Assembly (NCBI RefSeq): GCF_013315695.1
Contig: NZ_CP054353.1
From: Escherichia coli
GTDB lineage: Bacteria > Pseudomonadota > Gammaproteobacteria > Enterobacterales > Enterobacteriaceae
Length of the DNA: 64,000 bases
Reading direction: 5' to 3' (one strand)
Made by a program: the position numbers and the translations under genes. Positions within the stretch are counted from its first letter, which is position 1. Each line of letters begins with the position of its first letter. The notes under the pieces are model-generated. The model searched no databases. It worked only from the letters and a program-made list of their open reading frames with translations, and had not been told where the DNA came from. Below, one piece after another: positions 23,818-38,652 of this stretch.

Positions 23818-23991
23818 TCAGTTAGTACATGTTTTTTTCGATGCACTAATAGAACCATCATTACAGACAAATTTGCCGCCTGCCGTACAGTGTGAGATTC
23901 CCCCTTTCGAACCAGAACAGGGTTTGCGCCCGGCATCGGCATAAAAGGAAACAAGCGTTCCCATAACCAAGATAAGTGCCAGTTTTTTCAT
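23818..23991 (-). CDS. ydcA: Small secreted cysteine-rich protein YdcA (57 aa)
   Basis: Hand-translated MKKLALILVMGTLVSFYADAGRKPCSGSKGGISHCTAGGKFVCNDGSISASKKTCTN. Confidence 0.7.
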   Translation of the reverse strand: MKKLALILVMGTLVSFYADAGRKPCSGSKGGISHCTAGGKFVCNDGSISASKKTCTN

Positions 23992-24161
23992 ATAACCTCC
24001 ATGGTTTATCGAATCTTATGTTCGATTTGAACGTTATACGCTGGTTTATTTTGATACCGTTGATGAGATCAAAGATCGGGTGAATTGATTAAAGATAAGC
24101 CAGATGGACGTATAGACAAGGATTATGGTTTTATTTGTCATACAAATAAATATAATAGGCG

Positions 24162-24225
24162 CTTCCGATGTAGGCCCGTATTCTTCGCCTGTACCACGGG
24201 TCGGTTTTAGTACAGGCGTTTTCTT
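24162..24225 (+). ncRNA. rydC: RydC small RNA (pseudoknot sRNA)
   Basis: CTTCCGATGTAGGCCCGTATTCTTCGCCTGTACCACGGGTCGGTTTTAGTACAGGCGTTTTCTT between ydcA and cybB, matching my recollection of RydC. Confidence 0.6.
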
Positions 24226-24235
24226 TAAATATCCT

Positions 24236-24766
24236 TCAGGAACGTTTACGCGGCATCATGCGTAGAAGTGTGTTGTCCTTCCAGAAATAGTGGTGTGCCA
24301 GTGCAGCCGCAGCGTGCAACCCGATGACAAAATATCCCAGATTCGCCAGCGTTTCATGCCACGACTTTAAGCTATCAACCCGTTCGAAATTGGCCTCTGA
24401 AGCGTAAGGCATCGTCATACCAAACGCAAACCACGGGTTGCCCCGGTTATACATCATCACCAAACCAATCACCGGCAGCGCAATAAACAGGAGATAAATC
24501 ACCAAATGGCCCAAATGCGCCAGTCCCGTCATCATCGGTTTTGGCTTAGGTATAATCGGCGGGGTTGGGTATTTCAGCCTTAACAAAAGACGAACCACCA
24601 TCAGTACGAGAATTGAGATGCCACAGGAAACATGAATCATGTTGATGAGGGGCCGATCGCTACGTGGGAAGAAACCACGAAACTCCATTGCGCAATACGC
24701 TGCGATAACCAGCAAAAAGACCAGCCAGTGAATGCTGATTTGTAACCTTGAGTATTTATTTTCCAT
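24236..24766 (-). CDS. cybB: Cytochrome b561 (176 aa)
   Basis: Start set at MENKYSRLQISIHWLVF; membrane protein. Confidence 0.9.
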   Translation of the reverse strand: MENKYSRLQISIHWLVFLLVIAAYCAMEFRGFFPRSDRPLINMIHVSCGISILVLMVVRLLLRLKYPTPPIIPKPKPMMTGLAHLGHLVIYLLFIALPVIGLVMMYNRGNPWFAFGMTMPYASEANFERVDSLKSWHETLANLGYFVIGLHAAAALAHHYFWKDNTLLRMMPRKRS

Positions 24767-24954
24767 AACATTTCCTGCTTTAAAACAATTTGCCGTTAAC
24801 ATAACGGGCTTTTCTCAAAATTTCATTAAATATTGTTCACCCGTTTTCAGTACGTTACGTTTCACGGCAAGAATGTAGATTGCCCATCCCGCCATCCTGG
24901 TCTAAGCCTGGAAAGGATCCATTTTCATCCGAACGTTCCTGACAGGAGAAGACC

Positions 24955-25956
24955 ATGAGTAAAGTTGGTATTAACGGTTTTGGTCGTATCGGTCGACTGG
25001 TGTTGCGTCGATTACTTGAAGTCAAAAGCAACATAGACATTGTCGCTATTAATGATCTCACTTCCCCAAAAATTCTCGCCTACCTGCTGAAACATGATTC
25101 AAACTACGGACCGTTCCCCTGGAGCGTTGATTTTACGGAAGATTCACTTATCGTTGATGGGAAAAGTATCGCGGTTTACGCCGAAAAAGAGGCTAAAAAT
25201 ATTCCGTGGAAAGCGAAAGGCGCAGAAATCATTGTCGAATGTACTGGCTTTTATACCTCCGCCGAGAAATCGCAGGCGCATCTCGATGCTGGCGCGAAGA
25301 AGGTGTTGATTTCCGCCCCTGCCGGTGAAATGAAAACTATCGTTTATAACGTCAATGACGACACTCTGGATGGCAACGATACCATTGTTTCCGTGGCGTC
25401 ATGCACCACTAACTGTCTTGCACCGATGGCCAAAGCCTTGCACGACAGTTTCGGAATAGAAGTCGGCACGATGACGACCATTCATGCCTATACCGGCACT
25501 CAGTCACTGGTGGATGGTCCGCGAGGTAAAGATCTACGCGCTTCACGTGCAGCGGCAGAAAATATCATTCCCCACACTACAGGTGCGGCAAAAGCCATTG
25601 GTCTGGTGATCCCGGAACTGAGCGGCAAACTGAAAGGTCATGCGCAACGCGTGCCGGTGAAAACAGGTTCGGTCACTGAGCTGGTGTCCATTCTCGGAAA
25701 AAAAGTGACTGCCGAAGAGGTGAATAACGCACTTAAACAAGCAACCACCAATAACGAGTCATTTGGTTATACCGATGAAGAAATAGTCTCTTCCGATATC
25801 ATTGGCAGCCATTTCGGTTCGGTGTTTGATGCCACGCAAACGGAAATTACCGCCGTGGGCGATTTACAACTGGTGAAAACGGTCGCCTGGTACGATAACG
25901 AATATGGCTTCGTCACACAGCTCATTCGCACCCTCGAAAAATTCGCTAAACTCTGA
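24955..25956 (+). CDS. gapC: Glyceraldehyde-3-phosphate dehydrogenase C, intact 333-aa frame
   Basis: NAD-binding [10 protein letters not shown] at N terminus; full-length uninterrupted ORF. Confidence 0.9.
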   Translation: MSKVGINGFGRIGRLVLRRLLEVKSNIDIVAINDLTSPKILAYLLKHDSNYGPFPWSVDFTEDSLIVDGKSIAVYAEKEAKNIPWKAKGAEIIVECTGFYTSAEKSQAHLDAGAKKVLISAPAGEMKTIVYNVNDDTLDGNDTIVSVASCTTNCLAPMAKALHDSFGIEVGTMTTIHAYTGTQSLVDGPRGKDLRASRAAAENIIPHTTGAAKAIGLVIPELSGKLKGHAQRVPVKTGSVTELVSILGKKVTAEEVNNALKQATTNNESFGYTDEEIVSSDIIGSHFGSVFDATQTEITAVGDLQLVKTVAWYDNEYGFVTQLIRTLEKFAKL

Positions 25957-25964
25957 CGCACACA

Positions 25965-25986
25965 GGCGGAGGAAAAAACCTCCGCC
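25965..25986. terminator. Bidirectional terminator between convergent gapC and aldA
   Basis: GGCGGAGG AAAAAA CCTCCGCC. Confidence 0.6.
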
Positions 25987-25997
25987 TCTTCCACTCA

Positions 25998-27437
25998 TTA
26001 AGACTGTAAATAAACCACCTGGGTCTGCAGATATTCATGCAGGCCATGTTTACCATCTGCGCCGCCAATACCGGATTTACGCCATCCGGCGTGGAAGCCT
26101 TGCATAGCTTCGAAGTTTTCACGGTTGATGTAAGTTTCACCAAACTTCAGCCCTTTAATGGCTTTCATCGCGACGTTCAGATTTTGGGTATAGATTGATG
26201 AGGTCAGGCCGTAATCACTATCATTCGCCATTGAGATAGCCTCTTCCAGCGTATCAAATGCGACCACCGGCAGAACCGGGCCAAAGGTTTCCTCATGCAT
26301 AATCGACATTTCCTGGCGAACATCCAGCAGCAATGTCGGCGGATAATAATATCCTTTCCCCTCTACCGCTTTGCCACCCAACGCCACTCTCGCCCCTTCT
26401 TCTACTGCGCGCGCCACTTTTTGCTCAACCCTTTCCAGCGCCGCGGCGTTAATCAACGGTCCCATCGCAATGTCGTTGCGTTCAGCGGGGTTACCAAATT
26501 GAACCGCTTGCATCGCTTCACCCAACCGATTGACAAACTGATCATAAATGCCTTTCTGTACATAAACACGTTCTGCACAGTTACACACTTGCCCACTATT
26601 AATGACGCGTGAATCAACGATGGCTTTGACTGCCAGTTCAAGATCGGCATCGTCCATTACGATAGCCGGTGCTTTACCCCCCAGTTCCAGGCACACTTTG
26701 GTGATGTTTTTCGCCGCAGTCGCCATAATCTTTTCACCTGCAGAGACGCTGCCTGTCATACTGACCATTGCGACCTTTGGGTTACCCGCCAGTTCTTGCC
26801 CAACGGTTTCACCACGCCCCAGAACAAGGTTAAACACGCCGCGCGGAAGGCCTATTTCATCGACGATTTTGGCGAATGCAATCGCATTGTTTGGCGTAAA
26901 TTCACTGGGTTTAATGACGATGGTATTACCGGTCAAAAGAGCGGGAGCCATTTTGCGGGCAATGAGGAAGAACGGGAAGTTCCACGGCAGAATGCCGGTA
27001 GTCACGCCAAGCGCACGTTTAAACAGAAGAATATTTTCTCCTGGACGATCGCTTTGAATAATCTCGCCTTCATAACGCCGTGCCCACTCCGACATGTAAT
27101 CGATATAGTCCGCAGTAAAAGCCACTTCGACTTCAGCCAGCTGCTGGATCTTACCCCCTTCTTCAACAATCAGCGCACTGATTTCACTGGCGCGTTCGCG
27201 GATCCCGGCGGAGATTTTGCGCAACCAACTGGCGCGTTCAATAGCAGGCAACGCTTCCCATTCTGGTTGTGCACGTTCTGCTGCATCGATTGCCTTACGG
27301 ACATCCTCGGCCTGACCATCGGGAATGCGGGAAATGACAGCCTCTGTTGCAGGGTTTACCACATCAATCCATGCGTCTCCACGCCAGGTAACAAACTGTC
27401 CATCAATATACATAGGATGTTGAACGGGTACTGACAT
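25998..27437 (-). CDS. aldA: Lactaldehyde dehydrogenase (479 aa)
   Basis: ORF MSVPVQHPMYIDGQFVTWRGDAWIDVVNPATE...; aldehyde dehydrogenase family. Confidence 0.9.
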   Translation of the reverse strand: MSVPVQHPMYIDGQFVTWRGDAWIDVVNPATEAVISRIPDGQAEDVRKAIDAAERAQPEWEALPAIERASWLRKISAGIRERASEISALIVEEGGKIQQLAEVEVAFTADYIDYMSEWARRYEGEIIQSDRPGENILLFKRALGVTTGILPWNFPFFLIARKMAPALLTGNTIVIKPSEFTPNNAIAFAKIVDEIGLPRGVFNLVLGRGETVGQELAGNPKVAMVSMTGSVSAGEKIMATAAKNITKVCLELGGKAPAIVMDDADLELAVKAIVDSRVINSGQVCNCAERVYVQKGIYDQFVNRLGEAMQAVQFGNPAERNDIAMGPLINAAALERVEQKVARAVEEGARVALGGKAVEGKGYYYPPTLLLDVRQEMSIMHEETFGPVLPVVAFDTLEEAISMANDSDYGLTSSIYTQNLNVAMKAIKGLKFGETYINRENFEAMQGFHAGWRKSGIGGADGKHGLHEYLQTQVVYLQS

Positions 27438-27633
27438 GAGCGACTCCTGTGATTTATATGTTTGTTTTTAGTAAATACATTGTTAATTAACATCAATCAT
27501 CAGAGAGACGGCATCATGAAAGGACAATTCTGTGAAGGGCTTCATAAAAACAAGTGTAAAAGGAATAAGAGGCAGAAATAAAAGGCAGGAGTTATGCCCG
27601 TTTGCAAACAAGTGGTTCACAAACGGGCAATTT

Positions 27634-28434
27634 TTAACGTAACGAGCGACTTTCCATCGCCTCGATGAGCACCGCATCGTGTTTCAGCGTTTGCCATGCC
27701 TGGATGACTTCTGCCGGAAAATCAACGTGAACGATAAAATCTCGCCCGCGGGGACCGTAGCCATCGCTATCATCGTGTAAACGCGGCAGCTCGCCAGTGA
27801 GTAGTGATAGATAACGCTCAACCGGCCATAATCCTTGTAACTGATTAATAAAGATTACACTGTCTGCGTTATTTCCTAACTGAGGAACGAATCCGGGATA
27901 ACTTAACCAGCGTGGTGCATCGGGATTGTCCCCGGTCATACGGCGGAACGTCGCCATCGTGCGCCGCTGCATGGTGGGGTCCTGAACAACGATAGCTGTG
28001 TGAACTCGTTCTACGGCCTGATTCAATAGCGCGATGCTAAAGCGTGCGTTTTCACCGCAGTTTGTTGACTGGTCTTCAATCCAGATTTTTTCATGCGGAA
28101 TGTGCCAGAACTGATGAGCGATATCCGCCAGGATGGTAGCTTCAGCTCTGCCAGTGGTGCGGATAGTGTTGTAGTGCGGATGCTGTGCGATGGCGCTATA
28201 CAAAAAAGTTGTCGAGTGACCGATACCACCACTAATCAGTAAAGGAATTTGCTGATCGCGGGCAATCTTACATGCCGCATCGATAGTCGGCATAACCGCA
28301 TTGCCTGCAAGGATCACGCAATCGGCCTGATACGGCACCTCACCGGAGAAATCATCCTGCGCCAGCCACTGACCGATAACATTTATGGCATCTATGGTTG
28401 CCGGCGAAAGCGTCGGAAACGGGGTAATGTTCAT
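27634..28434 (-). CDS. ydcF: DUF218-family protein YdcF (266 aa)
   Basis: ORF and synteny. Confidence 0.8.
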   Translation of the reverse strand: MNITPFPTLSPATIDAINVIGQWLAQDDFSGEVPYQADCVILAGNAVMPTIDAACKIARDQQIPLLISGGIGHSTTFLYSAIAQHPHYNTIRTTGRAEATILADIAHQFWHIPHEKIWIEDQSTNCGENARFSIALLNQAVERVHTAIVVQDPTMQRRTMATFRRMTGDNPDAPRWLSYPGFVPQLGNNADSVIFINQLQGLWPVERYLSLLTGELPRLHDDSDGYGPRGRDFIVHVDFPAEVIQAWQTLKHDAVLIEAMESRSLR

Positions 28435-28706
28435 GGTTCCTCCTTATCGTTCCCTTAAGAATACTGCGTGAGATAATAGTGAGAAGCGGAGCACTCTGAA
28501 AGGAGGAAGTCGTATTTCCTTAACTACCACTCCGCAAGCCTGACATATCTTTTAAGGAAATGCTGTAGATAAACATTATTCATCTTGCAGCAGAGAATTG
28601 TATTTTTCTGAACTCCTGAATTTTTTCCCATACCGTTTTTAGAATTAATAAAAAACCCGGCGCTAAATGCTTACCGGGTTTTAGATTTATCAGGCAAATA
28701 GCAGTG

Positions 28707-31700
28707 TTAACCGCTAATCTGCTCCATCGCCTGCAAAATACGCTTATCTGAAATCGGATAAGGCGTACCAAGTTGTTGAGCGAAGTAACTAACGCGCAAC
28801 TCTTCTATCATCCAACGGATCTCTTTCACGTCTTCATCCTCACGACGTGCGGGCGGCAGTTTGTTGATCCATTGCTGCCACGCCTGCTGGACGTTTTCGA
28901 CTTTCAGCATCTGAGCACGGTCACGATGCGGATCAACCGCCAGTTTTTCCAGTCGTTTTTCAATCGCCTGCAAATAACGCAGCGTGTCGCCCAACCGTTT
29001 GAAGCCGTTACCAGTGACAAAACCGCGATATACCAACCCGCCCATCTGCGCTTTAATGTCAGAAAGCCCCAGCGCCATAGTCATATCCACCCGCCCTTTC
29101 AGACGTTTATTGATATTGAACACCGCAGTGAGGATTTGCTCGACCTGCTTCGCAATATCCACCACCGTGTCGTTCAGTTCAGCACGGACTTTTTCATGCA
29201 GCGCAGCAAAGCCTTCTTCCGTCCAGACCGGGCCACCATTGGCGTCGATCAGTTGATCCACCCCGCAGGAGATACAGTCGTCGATCAGCTCCAGCACTTT
29301 GCCATACGGGTTAAAGTACAGCCCCAGCTTGGCTTTGTTCGGTAACTTTTCATGCAAATATTTGATCGGCGATGGAATATTCAGCAGCAGTAGACGGCGA
29401 AGACCGTTCCACATTGCCTGCTTTTGTTCCAGCGGATTATCAAACAATTTGATTGCCACACTGTCGCGTTCATCCACCAGCGCTGGCCACGCCTTCACTT
29501 TATAGTTGCCACGCTTCTGTTCGTAGCTTTCCGGCAGCTGACCAAAACTCCAGATATGTAAGCCGCTCTGCTCGATACCGTCATCCGCCACCGCAGACAG
29601 CGTTTCCTGCACTTTGCCTTTCAGCGCATCTTTCAGATCTTGTAGAGAGCGCCCTTCTTTTAGCTTCTTGTTTTTGTCATCCACCACGCGGAAGGTGATT
29701 TTCAGGTGATCAGGCACCTGATCCCAGTGCCAGTCTTCGCGGTCAACGGTAACACCGGTCATCCGCCGTAACTCGCGCTCAAGACTGTCGAGCAACGGTA
29801 ACTCCAGCGGTTTGACGCGGCCTAAAAACGCTTCGGCATAGTTTGGCGCAGGTACAAAATTACGGCGTACCGGTTTCGGCAACGATTTAATCAGAGCAAT
29901 CACCAGTTCGCGGCGCAGGCCGGGGATTTGCCATTCAAACCCGCTCTCTTCTACCTGATTAAGCAGCGGCAGCGGGATATGCACAGTCACACCGTCAGCA
30001 TCCGCGCCGGGCTCAAACTGATAGCTCAAACGCAGCTTGAGATTGCCCTGATGCCAGAAGTTCGGATAATCCAGCTTGCTGATTTTTTCCGCCCCTTCTT
30101 TGATCAACATGCTCTTTTCAAAGTTGAGCAAATCAGGCGTTTCGCGGCTGACTTTTTTCCACCAGCTATCGAAGTGACGAGCGGAGATTACATCGTGGCG
30201 GATGCGCTGGTCGTAGAACTCAAACAACGTTTCGTCATCAACCAGAATATCGCGGCGACGTGATTTGTGTTCCAGCTCTTCCACTTCGGCCCGCAGTTTC
30301 AGGTTTTCACGGAAGAATGCGTGACGCGTCTGCCAGTCACCTTCCACCAGAGCGTGGCGAATAAAGAGTTCACGACATAACGCCGGATCGATCTGGCTGT
30401 AGTTGACCTTGCGCGCAGCAACAATCGGCAAACCATAAACAGTGACTTTTTCCGTTGCCATCACCGCGCCCTGCGCCCGTTCCCAGTGCGGTTCGCTGTA
30501 GGTGCGTTTAATCAAATGCTGAGCAACGGGTTCTACCCATTCCGGGTCGATACGCGCAGCAATGCGCCCCCACAGGCGGCTGGTTTCTACCAGTTCCGCC
30601 ACCATTACCCATTTCGGCGGCTTTTTAAATAAGCCGGAACCGGGGAAAATGGAGAAACGCGCGTTACGTGCGCCGGTATATTCTTGTTTATCGGCATCTT
30701 TCATGCCGATATGGGAAAGCAAACCGGTCAGTAAGGCGATGTGAATTTCGCGATACTCCGCCGGTTCGCTGTTAACCGGAATGCCAAGTTCTTTCACTAC
30801 CTGACGCAACTGGGTGTAGATATCCTGCCATTCGCGCACGCGCAGATAGTTGAGATAATCGGTACGACACAGGCGACGGAAGGCGTTGGAAGAAAGCGCC
30901 TTTTGCTGCTCGCCAAGATAATTCCACAGATTTACAAACGCGAGGAAGTCGGATTCTTTGTCGTGGAAGCGACGATGTTTTTCGTCCGATGCCTGCTGTT
31001 TATCCATCGGACGCTCGCGCGGATCCTGAATGGAGAGCGCGGACGTGATAATCATCGCCTCACGCACGCAGCCATGTTTCTGCGCTTCCAGCACCATACG
31101 CGCCAGACGAGGATCGACAGGCAATTGCGAAAGCTGGCGACCGAGCGGCGTCAGTTTATAGGCGCTGGCCTGTTCATCCGTGGTGATCGCGCCCAGTTCT
31201 TCGAGCAGACGCACGCCATCCTGGATATTGCGTTTATCCGGTGCTTCAACAAACGGGAACGCAGCGATATCGCCCAGCCCCAGCGCAGTCATCTGCAAAA
31301 TAACCGAGGCCAGGTTGGTACGCAGAATCTCCGGATCGGTAAATTCCGGGCGCGAAAGGAAATCGTCTTCGGAATAGAGACGAATACAGATCCCTTCGGA
31401 CACACGACCACAGCGGCCTTTACGCTGATTGGCAGACGCCTGCGAAATGGGTTCAATCGGCAAACGCTGCACTTTGGTGCGATAGCTGTAGCGGCTGATA
31501 CGCGCTGTACCGGGGTCGATAACGTATTTAATACCCGGTACGGTCAGCGAGGTTTCCGCGACGTTGGTCGCCAGCACAATGCGCCGTCCACTGTGCGACT
31601 GGAAGACGCGGTTCTGTTCGCTGTTCGAAAGCCGCGCATAAAGCGGCAAGATTTCCGTATGGCGTAAGTTCAGCTTGTTCAGCGCATCGGCGGTATCGCG

Positions 31701-32609
31701 AATTTCTCGCTCGCCGCTCATAAAAATCAGAATGTCGCCAGGGCTTTCCTGGCTCAGTTCGTCTACGGAATCAAAAATCGCCTGCAACTGGTCGCGCTCG
31801 GTGTCATCAGCTTCTTCAACAATCGGGCGATAACGCACCTCCACCGGATAGGTACGACCGGAGACTTCGATAATCGGCGCATTATTAAAGTGGCGCGAAA
31901 AGCGTTCCGGGTCGATAGTCGCGGAAGTAATAATGATTTTTAGGTCAGGACGCCGCGGCAGCAACTCTTTCAAATAGCCGAGCAGAAAATCGATATTCAG
32001 GCTGCGTTCGTGCGCTTCGTCAATAATGATGGTGTCGTACTGCATCAGCAGGCGGTCTTGCTGGATCTCTGCCAGCAGGATACCGTCGGTCATCAGCTTG
32101 ACCATCGTGTTATCACTTACGTGATCGCTGAAACGCACTTTGTAACCGATGCAACCGCCCGGCTCCGTTTTCAGCTCTTCCGCAATACGGTTAGCCACCG
32201 TTCGTGCCGCCAGGCGACGCGGTTGGGTATGACCGATCAGCCCTTTAATACCGCGCCCCAGCTCCATACAGATTTTCGGTAGCTGAGTCGTTTTACCGGA
32301 ACCGGTTTCCCCGGCGACGATCACCACCTGGTGATCACGAATCGCGTCGAGAATGTCCTGCTTTTTCTGACTAACCGGCAAATTGTCGGGATAAGTGATT
32401 TCCGGTCGTGCCGCTTCACGCAGCAGTACTTTCCCTGCCGCCTGGTCAATCTCTTTCGCCATCTCCTGGAAAATGGCCTGTTGTGCATCAGGATTTTTAA
32501 CCTTCTTAACACCGTGCAGACGGCAAGAAAAACGCTGTCTGTCGCGCAGCATCAGCGAATCCAGCCGCTGCTGCAAGGCCGTAAAGGTCAATTTTTGTTG
32601 TTCTGTCAT
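28707..32609 (-). CDS. hrpA: ATP-dependent RNA helicase HrpA (1300 aa)
   Basis: DEAH-box motifs GETGSGKTTQ, DEAHER, SAT in translation. Confidence 0.9.
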   Translation of the reverse strand: MTEQQKLTFTALQQRLDSLMLRDRQRFSCRLHGVKKVKNPDAQQAIFQEMAKEIDQAAGKVLLREAARPEITYPDNLPVSQKKQDILDAIRDHQVVIVAGETGSGKTTQLPKICMELGRGIKGLIGHTQPRRLAARTVANRIAEELKTEPGGCIGYKVRFSDHVSDNTMVKLMTDGILLAEIQQDRLLMQYDTIIIDEAHERSLNIDFLLGYLKELLPRRPDLKIIITSATIDPERFSRHFNNAPIIEVSGRTYPVEVRYRPIVEEADDTERDQLQAIFDSVDELSQESPGDILIFMSGEREIRDTADALNKLNLRHTEILPLYARLSNSEQNRVFQSHSGRRIVLATNVAETSLTVPGIKYVIDPGTARISRYSYRTKVQRLPIEPISQASANQRKGRCGRVSEGICIRLYSEDDFLSRPEFTDPEILRTNLASVILQMTALGLGDIAAFPFVEAPDKRNIQDGVRLLEELGAITTDEQASAYKLTPLGRQLSQLPVDPRLARMVLEAQKHGCVREAMIITSALSIQDPRERPMDKQQASDEKHRRFHDKESDFLAFVNLWNYLGEQQKALSSNAFRRLCRTDYLNYLRVREWQDIYTQLRQVVKELGIPVNSEPAEYREIHIALLTGLLSHIGMKDADKQEYTGARNARFSIFPGSGLFKKPPKWVMVAELVETSRLWGRIAARIDPEWVEPVAQHLIKRTYSEPHWERAQGAVMATEKVTVYGLPIVAARKVNYSQIDPALCRELFIRHALVEGDWQTRHAFFRENLKLRAEVEELEHKSRRRDILVDDETLFEFYDQRIRHDVISARHFDSWWKKVSRETPDLLNFEKSMLIKEGAEKISKLDYPNFWHQGNLKLRLSYQFEPGADADGVTVHIPLPLLNQVEESGFEWQIPGLRRELVIALIKSLPKPVRRNFVPAPNYAEAFLGRVKPLELPLLDSLERELRRMTGVTVDREDWHWDQVPDHLKITFRVVDDKNKKLKEGRSLQDLKDALKGKVQETLSAVADDGIEQSGLHIWSFGQLPESYEQKRGNYKVKAWPALVDERDSVAIKLFDNPLEQKQAMWNGLRRLLLLNIPSPIKYLHEKLPNKAKLGLYFNPYGKVLELIDDCISCGVDQLIDANGGPVWTEEGFAALHEKVRAELNDTVVDIAKQVEQILTAVFNINKRLKGRVDMTMALGLSDIKAQMGGLVYRGFVTGNGFKRLGDTLRYLQAIEKRLEKLAVDPHRDRAQMLKVENVQQAWQQWINKLPPARREDEDVKEIRWMIEELRVSYFAQQLGTPYPISDKRILQAMEQISG

Positions 32610-32800
32610 AACGTTAGTGGGCAGTAGGCTGCCTGATTAATTTTCTTTTAAATGATAGATATAGAGTACCACATCGCGGCTTTCTATGCGTTGTTCAATA
32701 AATTCGAACATAGGCTTCGATTTATTGCGCTATCTCTGTGGCAGGATTGTGAATAAAGTGTCAGCAAGCAACGGGGCATCGCCCATTCAAACATCTATAA

Positions 32801-33415
<615 letters not shown>

Positions 33416-33429
33416 CCGGACACGATCTT

Positions 33430-33459
33430 GATGTGGACTGTAGATATTCAGTCCACATC
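33430..33459. terminator. Stem-loop between convergent azoR and ynbD
   Basis: GATGTGGACT ... AGTCCACATC inverted repeat. Confidence 0.5.
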
Positions 33460-33468
33460 TCAATCCGC

Positions 33469-36532
<3,064 letters not shown>

Positions 36533-36547
36533 TTTCTCTATTTTCCT

Positions 36548-37444
36548 TCAGTAACAGCAGTAGCGAATAAAATAAAAAAATACCGGAGCGGTGAAAATTA
36601 ATGAGTCAATCCTGTCAAGGAGTCCGCCATGTCCTGGTAATAGTTTTCCACTATCTTTAACACCAATATCTCGTTTGATGGCTGACATCACTACATCGCC
36701 GCAAAAACCACTTACCCCAATCAGTAACCCCGCCAATAATGCCTGCCAGGCGTTTAAGGGTGTCAATAACGGTCCAATGATCATCGACGCTATCATGGTG
36801 GTGATTACGCCGCCCATCAGACCTTCCAGTGTTTTTCCCGGGCTGACTTTGGGGACCACTTTTCTTCTGCCGCAGGATTTTCCCCATAAATACTGTGCAA
36901 TATCGTTTGACTCGGTTAATGCCAAAAGAAATAACACCAGTAACGCCCCGCCCTGGATATTTGTGGTTGGCAACATTAATAACCAGGCGGCATGACTCAA
37001 GGCGAAAACGGTCATTATCCAGCCACAAAAAATGGCACTCACGGTATGCAGAAAACCAGAGGGGTCACCCACTAAAACTCGCCAGGTGGCTAATATCAGA
37101 AACCCAGCCAAAGGTATAAATAACAGAAACAGCTCAAAGCAATTAAAACCGATAAGCAAATAGTTAAGAGGAATACCCCAATATAACCAACGCGGAAAAT
37201 GTACGGATATAAGCGTACAATATTCTTTCAATGCCAGAAAACTTATCAGCGCAAAAAACGTCAACGTCATCCAGCGTGGACCTGAAATCACCATTGAAAA
37301 ACAAATGACGATGCCCCACCAGGTACGAATACGTAATGTAACCTCACCCCCTTTTCCCTCCGGTAACCGCCATATCAGAAAACGGTTTATCAGCGTTGCT
37401 AAAATTAACAACGCGAAAAGTGTTGCCAGAGATTTTTCCAGCAT
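36548..37444 (-). CDS. ynbB: CDP-diglyceride synthetase (CdsA)-family membrane protein (298 aa)
   Basis: Multi-pass membrane ORF; synteny. Confidence 0.8.
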   Translation of the reverse strand: MLEKSLATLFALLILATLINRFLIWRLPEGKGGEVTLRIRTWWGIVICFSMVISGPRWMTLTFFALISFLALKEYCTLISVHFPRWLYWGIPLNYLLIGFNCFELFLLFIPLAGFLILATWRVLVGDPSGFLHTVSAIFCGWIMTVFALSHAAWLLMLPTTNIQGGALLVLFLLALTESNDIAQYLWGKSCGRRKVVPKVSPGKTLEGLMGGVITTMIASMIIGPLLTPLNAWQALLAGLLIGVSGFCGDVVMSAIKRDIGVKDSGKLLPGHGGLLDRIDSLIFTAPVFFYFIRYCCY

Positions 37445-38049
37445 TATCTTTCAGCACTCATCAGGAGCACACTTCGACAACGATTAATCGCAGTCCAGAG
37501 AAGCAAAATTGAAGCAATGCTCCATAAAAGATTATTCCATTGCATCCACTGTGGATAAATGGCAACAGCCAGCCCCCACAACCCAAATATTAACGCACGA
37601 TCGCTTTTGCCGAATGGACCGGCATAACTGCGAATACCGTTAATCGTCTGCGCGAGTAAACCGCAAAACTCAGTTAATATGGTGCAAAATAACATGAGTA
37701 TTACGAGTGATGCGTTACTTTCCGGTAAAAATAAAAACGGTAAATAAAGCGCAATATCGGAAATAACATCGCCAGTTTCATTCAAAATCGCCCCAAGACG
37801 TGTTTGCTGATTGCACTCACGCGCCATCATGCCATCCAGCGCATTGAGCGCCATACGGATAAAAAGCACGATAGGCAATAGCAAAAAGAGGATGGGTTGT
37901 GCCACCAACATCAACAGCAATCCGGTAAGAAGAGAAAGCGCCAGTGCAGCAAGAGTGATGTGATTCGCTGTAACATGGTGCTTATTAAGCCAAAACATCG
38001 TCGGCCTTAACAGCGACTGAAAGAGCGGTTTTATCTGGTAGAGCGTCAT
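37444..38049 (-). CDS. ynbA: CDP-alcohol phosphatidyltransferase-family membrane protein (201 aa)
   Basis: Start set at MTLYQIKPLF; motif DGMMARE... consistent with CDP-alcohol phosphatidyltransferase. Confidence 0.8.
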   Translation of the reverse strand: MTLYQIKPLFQSLLRPTMFWLNKHHVTANHITLAALALSLLTGLLLMLVAQPILFLLLPIVLFIRMALNALDGMMARECNQQTRLGAILNETGDVISDIALYLPFLFLPESNASLVILMLFCTILTEFCGLLAQTINGIRSYAGPFGKSDRALIFGLWGLAVAIYPQWMQWNNLLWSIASILLLWTAINRCRSVLLMSAER

Positions 38050-38219
38050 TATCAATCCTTGATAATTCGGTTTGCGCTATGGTGCATCAATTCCCCTGAC
38101 GGAGATATCGCAACACGCCGCTTCATTAAAAATTCAGAATATATCAAGGTATTGGGGACTCACCGTCAGGAATGATTATCCCCAATAAATCAAGTGGTTA
38201 AAAATTATTACGCTGTTAT

Positions 38220-38597
38220 TCAATACAACTCATTAAGTTTTCTCATCGCTTGTTCCCGTATTGCGCGCGTCTTACCGTTAAGCGCCAGCTGGCGGACTAA
38301 ATCCAGTTCAGGGTTAACAAGCTCTAACGCCAGCAAAGGATCACGTTTCAGCCTCGCCTTCAATACATCAACTGGGAAACGGGGATCATTCATCGCCATA
38401 ATCCACCACTCGGGATCAATTTCTGCCGCTAGTGCCGCAGACGGTGTATGGCGATTGTTAAGTGCGCCGAACTTGAAAAATGTAAGATTGCTTTTCGCCA
38501 GCGTACTCCACCATATACGATCCGGTTGTTTTGCCAGTTTATCCAGTTGCGCTAATGCATCGGAGTCAAGTGCATAATAAACACGTAACGCTTCGTT
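38220..38597 (-). pseudogene. ydbD: 3' remnant (125 codons) of a gene truncated by IS1; ydbD by synteny
   Basis: Minus-strand frame open from the IS1 junction (38597) to stop at 38220, with no start codon. Confidence 0.5.
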
Positions 38598-38652
38598 GGT
38601 GATGCTGCCAACTTACTGATTTAGTGTATGATGGTGTTTTTGAGGTGCTCCA

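Noticed and set aside
30741-31667. 308-aa plus-strand ORF inside hrpA
   Set aside because: Lies entirely antisense within the 1300-aa HrpA helicase gene; Arg-rich translation typical of an antisense shadow ORF.
38194-38577. Plus-strand 127-aa ORF (Ser/Ala-rich, MVKNYYAVIQYNSLSF...)
   Set aside because: Low-complexity translation with no start context; the opposite strand carries an in-frame 3' gene remnant (ydbD-like) running into the IS1 junction, which explains the open frame better.
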